Part shown: positions 12,946 to 26,860 of the stretch, piece after piece
Layout: each line of letters opens with the position of its first letter
Numbering within the stretch: the first letter of the stretch is position 1
Assembly (NCBI GenBank): GCA_002269645.1
Contig: NIVC01002028.1
Span: 147,269-211,268, forward strand
From: Macrostomum lignano
Taxonomy: Eukaryota
DNA length: 64,000 bases
Reading direction: 5' to 3'
Translations under genes and position numbers: made by a program
Notes under the pieces: model-generated
Seen by the model: only the letters and a program-made list of their open reading frames with translations
Told to the model about the DNA's origin: nothing
The model's database searches: none

Positions 12946-13741
12946 ATTGTCAATTAAGCAAAAATCAAATAAAGCATGCTGGGAAAATAGGTTTGGAGCA
13001 GTTTTTTGGCTAGATTTTGCTTTCATATTTGACACAGTCCCAAGAGAGGACCCAACGTTTATATTGTAAAACCAGTTTGTCACATTCCTAAAAGTAACAT
13101 AGGATTTCGACGAGGTACCTCTGGTGTCAAATTTTACTGTGTGTTGGTGAAAAAACTTAACATGTGCCGAAAAAGCAATCGATAATTTATTCAGCTTTAA
13201 AAAAACTTGCCTCGATAAAATGATATACGTATCTTTTTTACGGATTTGGAGAAAGTGCTGTCTCTGAGCTATTGATAAAAATTAGCTTGATGAAGAGAAA
13301 AGCATTGAGGAATGGCAATATGCGCTGTCATCCCGGATGTAAAATTTCCGACCATTTTATGACCCATTGTAGTTAAGGGTAATATTAATTGAAAGTTATC
13401 ATAATTGTCGCAAGCGAAAGTTTTTGCTACAATTTTAGCGGCTACAGCTGCAGTACAGCAGCGACTGATTTATGGCCTTGTATCGATACCGAGAGATGAA
13501 CCCTGACAGAAAAACTTGGCGCCGCTCGGCCCTAAAACAGTCCATCCGGCTGCCTGAAATCCCAGGCATTCCAATGGACCCTGTAGTTTTACGGTCCTCG
13601 ATCTGCGGGCGGGGCGGTCATAGGCTGCCGTCCTGAAGCAGAGCATAACCAACAGTGCTCGAGAGCATAAAAGTCCCACTGCCAAGTCGATCTCAAACTG
13701 GTCCGGACAGGCTACCCGTAAAAGAGTCGAAAGCCTTAGAG

Positions 13742-15556
13742 ATGGTCCTTAAAGAAGACCTGGAATTCTTCTGCAACTCCACCTCTCTCCGAGGAGTTGC
13801 TAAGGCGTCGAAAGCGCCGACCCGGCCACTGCGAGCCATTTGGACAATTTACATTTTGGCCATGGCTGCCGCTCTGCTCACCTGCGTCTGCTTCATAGTT
13901 TCCGACTACTCTCAGTACAAGACTATCATACAGTCCACGCTGGTGATCAACGACATGTCCAGTCACAGCTACCCTGCGCTCACCTTCTGCAATCACTACC
14001 CGTTCCAAGAGTCGGCGTACAAACTTTGGGAAAGCGGAGCGGTCCTGTCGCCAACTAATTATTCGAAAATGCTGCGCCGGCAGGCTTTTGAAGCGTTTAA
14101 CAATAGCGACTATTCGAGCATGGAGAACTTGCTGGTCTACGACACCAAGCGGGTGTATTATCAGACCCTGCCACACGAGCACGCTCTCAATGTCAGCTTC
14201 ACCATACCTCAGGTGTTCATCTTCTGCATCCGTGGCCACGGCCAACAAATGGACATAACGGAGGCCAGCAGCTGCGAATTCATCATTAAGAGCATAAGTA
14301 TTCCGTCATTTTTCACCTGCTTCCAAGTGCAAATCAACCAGCCGCACGATTGGATCACGCTAATTTTGCACGTTGTCAAGGGTCCACAGAGCAGCTTTGA
14401 GGAGGCCTTTGTTCAGGACACGTTCGAACAGGCTCACGGACTTCGATTGCAGGTCAAAATAGAAAGCTGTCTCTGACTACCTTTATTATAATCGCTAGGA
14501 AATCTATAAAAATGTATTTTAGAGAGATGAATGCAATCAAGCTTTTGTAAGTTAGACTAGCTGCGCTGTTCAATGTGAACCACTCGTCGACTCAATAAAA
14601 ACATTTCAACCTAACAGGTCCACGAAAACGACACTTATCCGGACCCGATGGCCAAAGGCATCCACATCGAGCCGGGAAAACTGGTCGAGATTAACTACCG
14701 ACACGTACGCTGGCACGAGGCCGACACTCCGCGCGACGTTTGCCTTCACCCGCAGGTCATGAAGTCTCGCCGAGTCAGCGACCTCGGTCAGGACTTCTCC
14801 TATTCGGCCGACGGCTGCGTCAAGGCAGCCATCGGGCGTCGGGTCCTGCGCCAGTGCGGCTGCTATTATGCCGAGTATCTGCGCGAGGCGCCCCCCAACG
14901 CTACGCACCCGTACTGCGGTGACATGCGTTTGGGACTAAAGGCTATTCACCACAACCTCCAGTGCCTCAGCCGCATTAATTTTACTGAGCTTAAGATCGG
15001 GCTGAGCTCCAGCGAATGCGTAATGCCGTGCTCCTATTCAAAATTCGACACCTTCACCTCGCAGACGGTGTGGAAGGCTACCGACTGGCAGCTTTATTGG
15101 CTACTTAAACAATCGCAGAGTTTTTCCCGCCTACGGGAAAGTCAGAGACTGCCGCAGGGGGCGGAGCGGGACAAGCAGTTCCAGTTAGCCAAGGACGGTC
15201 TGAAGCGGCTGCTCACTCGGCCTCGTCTGTCCAACGTCTCGACCAACGACTTCAAGCTGGACTTCGATTCGCACAGCGATGAGTTTGCCTACGTGACAGT
15301 GCGCCGCCAGAGTTGCAACACGATGCTCAAAGTCGAGGCCCAGTCACTGAACTTTAGCGCTTTAATGAGCCAAATTGGTGGATTGTGCAGCTTGTTTCTC
15401 GGCCTCACCTGCGCTGTTGTTGTGGAGCTGGTCGAGGTGGCTCTCATGCACCGGGTGCACAGAAAACAGAAGGCGGCTGCATCTGCGGCTGCAGCAGCTG
15501 CTATTGAGGATGTCGAGATGAAGTGCGAACGCGAAAATGATAATCCAGCAAAATAG
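13742..15556 (+). CDS. DEG/ENaC/ASIC-family (amiloride-sensitive type) cation channel subunit, 2 exons, about 549 aa
   Basis: Exons 13742-14452 and 14618-15556 (intron GT...CTAACAG) join as GLRLQ|VHENDTYPDPMAKGIHIEPG. Motifs: FCNSTSLRG pre-TM1, TM1, YPALTFCN, Cys-rich thumb, TM2 SQIGGLCSLFLGLT...VVE. The true start could lie upstream. Confidence 0.92.
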
Positions 15557-16719
15557 CTGCGAGTATCATAATTAATTCATTACGAGTATCATAACTACCA
15601 GCTACTTGCCATCGCGATACCATTTCTGCTTGTACCACTCGTAGTGATGCCTCTAGATTTTGCTTTAGTGAAAAAAGATGTTATGATCCATCTGCATCTG
15701 TATGCCAGTCACCTCGGGACACACTTCTTCGCCACTGCTGTTTTAGCGAGGCAAGATGACTGGACGAATAGACACCGAAACTAGTGGAAAAGTCTGCCAG
15801 TTCTATTTCATCCCAGACTCTGATGCATTATTTAATGGCCAAAGTTCGGACCAACTTACTTCCCCTTTGGGTTTACTAAGGGCAATCTTTTTAAGCAGCT
15901 CACTTGAGAATTGCGAAATTGATGAAATGAACTTCAATATCCCAATTAAGTCGTTCTTGTCTCACAAATTGGTTGACAGTTTAATGATTCTGGCGGGAAG
16001 GCCAGCACAGCGCTGCTTTTGTGTACGAACGAACAAGCGTCATGTTCAAAAATAGCTCGTACATATTACGCAATCGTACACACTAGTGATATCTAGATTA
16101 CAGGGATTAAATTTAGGTTGCTTAAATATGAAGAATCTTCAATATAGTTAAACACTTTCATTGAATAATTAACCAAAAAATTAGATTTTGAATTTTAGGT
16201 ACTGTAGTAGTGTCATACTGAGAGAAAATTGATTTCTGACTTGTAGATATCGTAATGAGATCTTGAATACGCAATAAGGATATACTGGCTCGGGTTAGCT
16301 TAAACTCGGGTTAATAGCTTAAGTTGATTAAATCATAAATATTGCCAAACTTATGAAAACAAGTATATACATACAAGGTAAAAGTCATGCAAAGAGCGTA
16401 ATATTATACTTATAGTACGAATAGGTACGACCAGGTACGAGGCGAGCATGCGGAAGCATTCACAGATAGTAATTGGATGGTCGTCAGAGAATCTAAGCAT
16501 CTTTCTGCACGCTTCTTTTTGCTATGCTGACGCAACAAGCTAAAATTTCCACCCGAATCTAGTGGTTAACAAGTGGCAGCTTTAATCCAACTCTAGCCGT
16601 AGCTCTCCACTCTCTCCAAATTGCCACTTTGACTACTGGTTTCGGTTTGGAAACTTTAACATGTTTCTGTGTGTGCTTTTGTTAATTTTTAAGTATATAT
16701 AACCATAAATACATGATTC

Positions 16720-16725
16720 TTTATT
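16720..16725 (-). promoter_or_regulatory. Candidate polyadenylation signal for the Src-family gene
   Basis: AATAAA on the minus strand about 113 nt past the stop codon. Confidence 0.5.
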
Positions 16726-16837
16726 TAAAATGAAGTCAGCTTGACCTATAAAATATTAGTGCATGTTGCTGACTCGCTAAGTCAATTAGTTGTGAGTCAG
16801 CTCTCAAGTCTTCAAATCTAATTTTAAAAGAAGATGC

Positions 16838-18672
16838 TCAGTTGGTGTCACCAGTGTACTGCTGCTCCAGTGTCTTGTCAATGTCCTCGAATTCGTTGCG
16901 TAGAGTGGCAAAGGTGGGCCTCTCGTCCGGGTTCTGATTCCAGCAGGCCATCATGTACTGCTGGTGAATGCGCAGGGCGATCTCTTCGTCTGACCGAGAC
17001 ATTCCGGGCGTTCGCGGCACCGGGAGGCGATTTCTGGGATTCTTTACAAACTGCATGACCTCCCGGTTGGACATGCCGACGTAGATTGAGCCGCCCAGGG
17101 TGAGGATCTCGTACAGAAGCACTCCGTAGGACCAAACGTCCGACTTGGTGGTGAAGCGGTTCTCATGCATCGCCTCTGGAGCGGTCCACTTCACCGGGAA
17201 CTTGCCCAGTGACTCCGCCTGGTAGATTTCATCATCTTGAACTACCCTGTAAGTTAGTTATTTCAAGATTTTTTAGAAACAAGAAGTACTTATTTCAATA
17301 TTGAGACTAAAGTCAGTTACCTGGCCAAGCCAAAGTCTGCCACCTTGACAAAGTTATCCTTGCCGACCAGCACATTGGCTGCCCGAAGGTCTCGGTGGAC
17401 GAACTTCTTCTCCTCCAAGTAAGCCATTCCGTCTGCGATTTGGTAGGCAATGTCTAGCAAAGTGGCCATCGGCAGTTTGCTGCTGCCCGAGTTCGACTTT
17501 CTCAGATAGTCCAGCAGCGCGCCATTCTCCATGAACTCCGTGATGATGTAGATCTGGTCGTTTGGCTCGAGAATTTTGGTACACACTCCCAAAATGTTGA
17601 CAATCTTCGGGTGGGACAGCTTGTGCATGATTTTTGCCTCCTCTAGGAATTTTTCCTGCGACATGGCCGTGTCGGGCTTTAGCGTCTTGATGGCCACGTC
17701 AAGGATACCGTTCCATTTGGCCAGCCACACTGGAAAGCGTTGAGTTTTTATTCATTATCTAATTTATTAAAATTTCATCTGATTTTAATAATCAATAAGC
17801 AACAGACCATTTTACCGTTCCGCATAATTCAAGGCACAGACAATATAAGCAACTCTTACCCTCGCCGAAGCTTCCAGCTCCAAGTTTTCGCACCATGCTG
17901 AGAGTCTGGCGGGGAACTTCGATGTCTTTGAACTGCACAGTCGGTGGGTCTGTCGGACAAGGCTCGGCCAATGGCGAGCAGAGACCACCGTCTAGGTGAG
18001 CAGAAGAAAAAATTGAGTTTGTACAGATCAATCGTCCATAATTAATGAGTTTCAATGAAAGTTGCTTTGTTTTTTCATAGCTTTGTTTCACTCACTTTTG
18101 TATTCATCGATCAGCTTCTGCACAGTCGGGTAGGTCTTCGACTTGTTGATGAAGAACACAGTTTCATCAGCCGAGTTCTTGATTTGGTAGTGCTTCACTA
18201 AGAAGTTGTTCTCGCATCGTCGGTCCGGAGTTCGAACGCTGAGCGCCAGCTTGGCCAAACCAGCGTTCTGCCTGGCGCACGGCCGGATGATGTAGGTGCC
18301 AGCCTGCAGGCCGGCGCGCAGCAGCATCCGATTTGCGTCCATCCGGTTGCAATCCATCCAGCCAGATAGCTGGCACGGCAGGCCATTGTACTTTGTGATG
18401 TAGTTGTAGGGCACCAGACCGCTTCTGTTTGTCTCAAGGTTGCGCGCCTTCCACCACTGGCTACTCTGGCACTGCTCGGCGGTGAACTCCAACTCGATCA
18501 TGTCGCCTCTGCAGATGGTGAGCTCGTCCGGCTGCGTAGCCACGAAATTGTGGATCGCCATGTAGACGTTGCGGTCTGCTGGCCGGACGGCCGACTTGTT
18601 GAGCTCAGCCTCGGCGTTTCCCGGCGAGACGCCCGTGCGCGGCTGCGTGCAGACTGAGAAGACGCTGCCCAT
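16838..18672 (-). CDS. Src-family non-receptor tyrosine kinase (SH3-SH2-kinase), 4 exons, 508 aa
   Basis: Exons 18672-18096, 17991-17860, 17729-17321 and 17246-16838; all GT-AG and phase-compatible (1527 nt). MGS myristoylation start, SH3, SH2, GAGSFGEV, HRDLRAAN, DFG, activation-loop Tyr, C-tail EQQY. Confidence 0.96.
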
Positions 18673-19672
18673 TGTTGCTCTACTGTGCTGGCTGTTCGTG
18701 TAAAGCGTACGCAGTGGAAGCTCGCTATGGCATTTATTTGCTGTTGTTAGCCAGGTGAGCCTGAACTTGGCGAACCAGTGCCAGGCAACTTGTGGAGTCG
18801 CGAGTGTTTACATCAATTAGCAACTGCATTTCCCCCGTATCAGACTGGACACGCACAGCACCACTAGATGCAGCCTCGCTGCGACAACCTCAGTTTCACG
18901 AATCATCCAGAATTATCTCGCATGCGACATGCGCCCCGGCTAGAAGCTGTAGTAATTGCTTATCTCTTCGCCCCGCAGTATCTGACTTCTATAAGCGGAT
19001 CTCTCTCTTTCTCTCTAGCCCTCAAATATGGCGCGGTATCTACTATATTGAACGATCTAAAGTCAAATTTGGTCCCCACCCTCTCTCTCTCTCTTCTGCT
19101 TTAGTCTTGGTATTTGAAGTCTAGCCTGCCAGAGCAGTTGACTACAGGATGTGCACTGCGGCGCTATTGTTTATCACAGCCTGCGACACCCCACTGTGAC
19201 CAAATTCTAGCTAAGCACCGTCTGTGAATCAGTGAAGCTAAATGCATAAAGCTGATATTACCTTTCAGCTGGATTTCATCGTATCATCGCATCAGCTAAC
19301 AATTAGCCCCCCTTCAAATAGCTAAAGCACCAAGGGCTATCGGCATTTCGCATGCACCGTACCTTGAAGGCTAAGTCACAGCGGCCCTGACTTTATTATC
19401 TTTACACTCTATGTACGATGTGTACGATGCGATACAATGAGGGTGTGAATTTCTGGAAAAGCTGCTGTACACGATTTCCAAATTTGTGTGACTGAACTAA
19501 ACTTTAAAATCGGAGGAGTAGGCGTTTGCCATACGAGTCACTGTCACTGTATTTCTAAGCATGCTGCTAATTGTTACGTCTTTCATATGAAGAAAAACTA
19601 TGAGCTACTTCTCAAATAGTATACAAAGCACTTTTTACAGAGATTTAAAACTGACAATAGGATGGTCCCAGT

Positions 19673-20340
19673 TGTGACGAATAAGGCGGAAGACTTTGTG
19701 TAGCGGATAATTGGGATTAATCTACGATCCAGCAGATCAGCAGCCGATTTTATCCTTAGCGTGAATTTGCAGATTTAGTATATTTGGATTGGTACTTAAT
19801 TTGATGCGCCTAGCAAGGGCCGGTCAGGATTCAGTTGATTGGTGGGTGGGCCGAGGCAGGCGGTAGAGGGTTAAGGTAAAGAGGCCAGACAGCTAAGGGA
19901 CCCGCAAGCTTAGAGCGAGAAGCGAAGCGAGGAAGCAAATGGAGAGAGCGGCCGCTGACTGCAAGTGTATTTTTATAATTGGTGAGTAAACAAGATAACA
20001 ACAAGCTTAATCCAAAAACCAGACAAACCCCACTCAGGCGAAATGTACATGTACAAATTAATCGATAAAATACGATTATCGTGCTAGAATAACTATAACG
20101 CCAGTACGTGTACGTAGATGGAACTACTTTACGAGAAATAATACGATATGCAAGAAAAATATAAATACAGAAAATAAAGAAAATAAATAAATAAATAAAT
20201 ACGAGGCTACAAAAACCTATTAGCGCAATAATATCATACGTGCAGAATATTGTTAAAATTAAAGAATACAAGTAGTACGGTATGCATGCGAGATAAGGAA
20301 ATACGATACATATTAGGCTTCTACGAATTACACTGTCACA
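19673..20340 (-). repeat. 3' LTR of the Gypsy element (668 bp)
   Basis: TGTGACG...TGTCACA, near-identical to 49142-49783 plus 51308-51345. Confidence 0.95.
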
Positions 20341-20354
20341 CCCGCCCCTCCTCC
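20341..20354 (-). promoter_or_regulatory. Polypurine tract of the Gypsy element
   Basis: GGAGGAGGGGCGGG on the minus strand directly abutting the LTR. Confidence 0.85.
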
Positions 20355-21296
20355 GAAAAGAGCTGTGACAATAATTAGTAGTTAACGAAACAAAATGAAA
20401 ATTATTGAAGCACGAAAGAACCGAAAATAGAGGAATGAACTTATAATGATCGACGAGAACGATAACAGATATTGCAGCGGTGAATATTTGAATGAATTTT
20501 GGATTAAAAATCCATATCAGAAGTCAATATTTTAGATATTTGTGGAAACTTCTGAAGGTACAGTAATATAGCAACAAGGGATACGAAAAAACCAATACGA
20601 AAAAAATTATTATGCAGATCAAAATATTTGCTGCTGAATTACATGACATGATATATACAGACACAGTTCAATGCATTGATTTCTAACTAGATGTAATTTG
20701 CTAAACGGTAACTCGGCACAATAACCTAATAAAGTGGCCTGTCTGCCAGCACCACACAGAATGACAGGCACACATTAAAGAGGACAGCAACGCGAGATGA
20801 AGATGGTAGCCCCTAGTTTACCTAAGAACCCCAAAACACACGCGAGAAGAGGAAACGGAAAAAGAATTTGGGCAAGCCCAGAGGCGAGCCCAGGTTCACG
20901 CCGACGCGAACCCAGCCGAGGACCGGCCAATGCTGACCGCGAGGGCACGCCCACTGAGCGCTGGAAACCGACCTCGGAACAACGAAACTAACGAGTGAAC
21001 ATAACAGCTTAACGAACGGCAGAGAACGCGCTAAAGACCGACAAGCGCTGCATAACTCACAAACGAAACGCGATTAAATGACGATGCAAATTAACTAACT
21101 CTTGGACTGCTTTTATCCGAAAACTATTCATACATTGATGTTACACGTATCTACATGTACATGCATGAGCCCTGTACTCCGTTCTCTAATCTGTTTATTT
21201 TATTTTCTGTCAATTATATTAGTTTTTATGCAGTTTTAAAGGAATATTTTCTGAATGATAAGTTTACCGATCTGAGCGAGTTTTGATTGATTTTTA

Positions 21297-24200
21297 TTAA
21301 TTAAATAGCTGTGCTAGAAAATTTCGAAAACGTGACGGTTTGGTAACAATTCTTCCGGATCTAGTCGTCTGTGTCGATTGAGACAAGGAAATGGCGTCAA
21401 TCTGTTCTTGTGGAACGACAGCTTCCATCATGGTCTCACTGTCAGGATCCTCGATGGTTTCTACCGGCATAGCTTCCCCCCTAACGGGACTGTCTTCGGC
21501 TGGAGCTTGCTCCTCGGTGAAATCTTCTGCAGCCTCCTCCAACAGATCGCCATTTTCATCGAACATAGCTCTGCTACTCTGCTCACTGTTCGAAACCTCG
21601 TGCAGGTCACCTTTATCGAGTACCTCCGCCTCTCCTTCCAAGGCCTCTATCGGCGCTGGTGGCACTGCAACTGGCAGGTCGGGAGCGGCAACTGTGATAA
21701 CCTGCTGGGACTCATCCACAAGCGCTGATGATGCACTTTCTGAAACCTGGAGCGGTGGGGTCGCAGCACTTTGATTAGAACCGGTGATGGAACGCGAAGA
21801 CTCCCAGGTAGACTGGTCGTCTCCTCGCAAGCCTAATCTTGACGACGGCATTCTGGCTGGCATGCGAGTCCCGTACCTGTCGACAACATCTTCATATGTC
21901 TGTTTGTGCACACAGCGCTTCATCCGATCGATATTGCACACATTGTGAGACGGGTTGGGAATGCGCTCCAAAGGATTTATTCTAGCGAATTTTGGAATGA
22001 GTCTGTAATTCCTCTCCGAAATCTTTTGCACCACTTTGTACGGTTCTAACCAGACAGCACTGTCGAGGCCACGATGGTTGGCGTTGAGGACCCATACAAG
22101 ATCGCCTATCTCGAAGTTCGAGTTCAGCGCGCTGCGGTCATAGTAGCGCTTTTGGCGCTCTTGAGCTTTTCCACGGGCATGGCGCGCAGCGGCTGACACC
22201 TTAACGAGCGTCTGGTGCAGATAATGTGCATGCAGTTCAGGTCTGCACCTATCTTGAACTGGTGGACTATGATCGAGATCCAGTGGCAGATTTAGCTCGT
22301 GTCCAAAAAAGATCTTTGCGGGAGAAAATCCAGTGGACTCGGCGACTGTTGCCCGAATCGAGAGAGCTGTTAACCGGGCCACAAGAGGCCAATCGAACTG
22401 CCGATCCAACCAAATAACACGAATCTGACCTTTTACTGTCTGTATCATTCGCTTAACCTTCCTGTTCGCTTGTGGACCTTCCTGTTCGATTGTGGACGTC
22501 GTGATGTGACACGCGCCATGTCCACCTCGAGAAGTCGAGTGAGCTCAGATACTGTGCTGTTGGCTGTGTTGCATATGCTGCATTCTATGCTGCATTATTC
22601 ATAGATTTATTTTCTTCTAAAAGTAGTCTATGTGCCATCGGGGCAAAATGCTACCGTACACCTTGTTTGCTAGAAACTTCAATGCCCTTAACGGTAAAGA
22701 AGTATAAGAGCGATCTTCGTGCTCATGCCAATTTGGAGCTGCTCAAATAACGCCCTCCTTCAATTCATAAACCCAAGTGCCTTCGTGTTCTTCAACCGTA
22801 ACAGTGCTGTTGACAAAGGCTGTACCGTTGTTCGAGACAATCTGTTCCATGCACCCGTATCTCGCGATCCATTCGGTTAGGATATTGACCGCGGTCGTTT
22901 CCGCTGAAACATCGGCTACGGGAATAACCTCTACAAAACCCAAAAATCGGTCTACCATTACGAGCAAGTACTTATATCCTGTTTGCTCGGGAAACGGACC
23001 TGCGTGATCGACGTGGAATACCTGGTTCGGGTAGCCCGAGAGTTCGGGCTGCAGTGGGGCTTTATGCTTTAGTTTTGACTTTTTCGTTCTAGCGCAGGCT
23101 TCACACTCAGCTAGATTCCCTTGACATACGTTTCTAGGTCGGCGATGGCAAAACGAGATCGAATAGCTGTCAGGGTTTTTGTAATGCCACTAACAGCATC
23201 AAATAACAAATAACATTCATTAACAGCATCAAATAACAGGAATCACTAACAGCTTATTGGTTGACCTAGTGTTCTTTTTCGGCTTAAGTTGATATAGGAG
23301 GCCGTTTTCGACCTTCAGTTCATCGAACAGCACCACAAGATTCTAACTTCACGACTGCAACTCTGCAGGCTAGCCTTAGGAGGCTTTTCTGCACGGCCCT
23401 GCACGCAATCGATCAGTTGAGCGATGTCAACGCAAGTCTCTTGTGATTCGCGTGCCCATTCTAGTTCCGGGTTAAACCGACTCGACTGAAGATTTACTGG
23501 ATGCCGATTGTTCAGCTTCAGCTACCCTAACTGCTAGTCGAGACGTTTCGATTGGCATTGTCGCTTCGACAGCAGCCTCTGCAACTGGAGTCGCAGTGAA
23601 AAATGTGCACTGTGCTGATGTGTTGGTTGTGACTTTTTCGGTTTGACAAGCTAATGTTACTACTGTTTCGATATTGTGACGGCTCGTGACAGGCGAGTCC
23701 ATCTGGCCACATACGTCCGCTACAAAGCATTGCACTGCGGCGTCAACTTGTTGCCTCCTGATGTTAACTGATGCTGACTTTTGTGCCTTCTCGCTTTTAA
23801 ATTTCTCTTGAAATGCGGGAACCATGCTGCATGACGGGCAGTCGAAGTGATCGGCACGAAAGCGAGGATTTCGGCTCAGCATATCTGCCGTGACATGGTC
23901 TTTCCCTGGCCGGTACTGGACCTCAAAGTCGTATTCTCCGACTATTTGAAGAGCTGACTGTTCGATGTTGAATTCGTATAAATCTATGGTCGCGAGTCAC
24001 TGCGCGAGCATGCTTCTTAGAATGAAGCCACTGAAGGGCTGCGGCATCCACTCTGACTGTAAAAGGTCGATCTAACAGATATGTACGGAAGTTTTCTAAC
24101 ACGAGCACTAACCCTAGTAACTCGCGCATGGTTGCACTGACTGTGAAAATTTCTTGAATGCGTACGCAACGACTTGTTCTGACCCATCTGGGCCAATCTG

Positions 24201-26129
24201 AGACAGCACGCCGCCAAATCCTTCAAGTGAACTGTCGCAGTCGAGAACGAACCCACGACTGTCGGGAGACAGGTCCGGATACGCTAATACTGGTGGGTTA
24301 CACAAACTGCGCTTGAGTTCTTGGAACGCACGTTCGGGCGTTCTAACCACACGAACTTTTCTGAACCTTTCGCCAACACGTACAGCGGCGTGGCAATAAT
24401 TGAGAATCGTTGTACGAATTTCCTTTAATAGTTGGCAAAGCCAAGAAATGCCATTAACTGTTTCTTGTCTTTCGGTCTACACCACTCTTGAACTGCTCGA
24501 GTCTTGGCTGGGTCGGCTTCGATACCGTTAGACGAGAATAAGAACCCTAAAAACTTAACTCTGTCTTTGAATAGCTCACACTTCGCAGGTTTAATCTTCA
24601 GATTGGCCTTGCGAAGTTGCCAAAGCACCAGCGCTAGGTGCGCAATCATTTGGTCGTTATTCTGTGCCTTTATTATTATGTCATCGAGATAAATTAAGCT
24701 AACTTTCATAAGCAATGGCTGGAATACCTTGTGCATTAATTTAGCGAAGTTCGCGGGAGCTGTTTCGATCCCAAAAGCTAGGTATTACCTTCCAACGAAA
24801 CGTGCCTTGCGGACAAGAGAAAGCTGTAAAATCTCTGTCTTCTTCTTTGATTCCCACCTGCCAATAAGCAGATGTTAAGTCAAGGCTACTAAGCACCGAA
24901 GAACCAGCCAGACTATCAAACGACTCGTCAATTAATGGCAATGGAAAACTACAGGGTCTAATTAACTTGTTTACAGCTCGGTAGTCAATACATAGTCTCT
25001 GAGACCCGTCTTTCTTCTTAACTAACACTATCGGTGATACCCAGTCTGAATCACACTCTTCAATTACATCCTGCTTGAGTAGTTGACTAATATGTTGATC
25101 TAAGAACTCCTTTTGAGCTGGAGTTGTTCTTCTCGAAGCGAGCAGAACCGGACGACTGTCCTTCTCAATCAGATCGATTGACATTTCATGTAGCTTAGTA
25201 CGACCGAGATCACTATCATCCTGTGAGATCTGGCTTAAGAAGTAATTAAGCGTGCGCAAAGTTAGAGCTAACTGATTTGGAGTCAGACTGGACTGGTCGA
25301 GTCGGAACTGTTTCACAAGCCATTCTGCTGTACCTTTTTCTGGTGGTGGTAATCTTGAAATCTTACTGTTAAGGAGATTGCAGTTGTCTATGGAAAAATC
25401 CCTCTGACAGAGCAGTTGGTACCACGACTTCTCCCTGGCCTAGCTCTTGAAAAGATGCGATCTCTTGGTCACGCTCAATCCTAGCTGGTTGATCGCTACT
25501 ATTTAGCAATCGGACTAACACGTGATTCGTCGGGCTGACTCTATCTACTGACCTAGCCACAAAACATTCGGAGCCCGTATTGAAAAGTTTAGAAGTGACA
25601 TTCAAGTTCGGCACAGTGTCAATCACTCGACTCGGCACTAGGGTTTCCGAGTGAGGTGGTAGTTCAGAGGTACAAGCAGCCAAAACACGGCGCATGCGAA
25701 ACACCCCCTTATCGCCCTCAATCACAGGCATGCCCCACCGGCCACGAGTACCTGGCCACAGGTGAAGTCCAGCAGCACCTGGAAACCACGGACGAAATCA
25801 ATACCTAAGAGCGATTCAGCAGTGGATTCTTCGGTCACAAGGAAAACGTGATGCTTTTTAATCTTGCCTATAGTTCCACTTCGCAACGTAAAGAGCCTAA
25901 AATCTGGGTGGCGGACCCGTTTAAAGCCGTCGCCTTTGCGCCTTTGTGCGCTGGCGAAAAGATGTTGTTGATCGGATCGGCTTCAACCAGTCTCTCCATG
26001 GCCTGCTTCTCCATCACGCTGGCGTTTGCTCCTGAGTCAAAGCAAGCCATGACCTGGTTGTCCCCGATTCGCAACTGGACAAAGAAGCTGGAATCCACCG
26101 CATGCTCATCGGAACTACGAGTAGTCTAA
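21297..26129 (-). pseudogene. pol: Gypsy pol (protease, RT, RNase H, integrase) with frameshifts and stops
   Basis: FDSGA protease (about 26040), RLCIDYR and LDLTSAYWQ, YLDD (24425-24736), LDCDSS and RELL RNase H, HVDHAGP/VDRF integrase core, integrase C-terminus 21297-22448. Confidence 0.92.
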
Positions 26130-26860
26130 TCTAATATACTAAAAATGAAATGCTTGGTTGCTTGCTTGTAATTGATTTTCTCCCGAACGGCTCAACCGAT
26201 TTTCTTCAAACTTGCACCATTCGATCAGAAATTTTCCCGGGACGGTACATGCATATTGGCTAAGAAATTGCTCAATGTTAAAGGGATTAAATATTCGAAA
26301 AACATGATTTTTTGCAAAGGTCAAGCAGCTCTTTCGACCTGAAATGCATTGTAAGAATGCTAGAGAAAAAACTGACTGACTGAATTCCGATTGTGATAAA
26401 GATTGCATCACAACAAGTTGAAAACAGTGCCGAACAAATGCACACAAAACTTGAATGAAATTGCGTAACCATATTGCCAACTTAAATTGAGACTGATTCT
26501 GGCTGACTGAGAAATTGATTATGTCATAATTTTTTACTCCAATTGACTTGCTGTAAGAATTGAATTATAAGGGCCACAATTCATGTTCTCCAATTGAAAA
26601 GAGATAGCCAAGAAAGATGCGAACAGACTGGACTGCTACTGTAGATGATGGAATAGCCGATGTGTAGGCACTAGGAATTGGTTATAGGCTCGGCTAGGGT
26701 TCGATTCTGCACTGCGTCAAATTTATAGGCTCGGCTAGGGTTCGATTCTGCACTGCGTCAAATTTCAGCCAGTAGTGATTGAAGATTATTTAAATTTATT
26801 TTTTTCATTCACTTCGTAAATAAAATATTATCTGACTTTGAATCATTGCAAAAATAGAGC

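Noticed and set aside
13492-13741. GTG start at 13655 and an upstream 47-aa ORF for the ENaC gene
   Set aside because: A GTG start is unlikely in a eukaryote and the upstream ORF stops out of frame. An upstream exon cannot be established.
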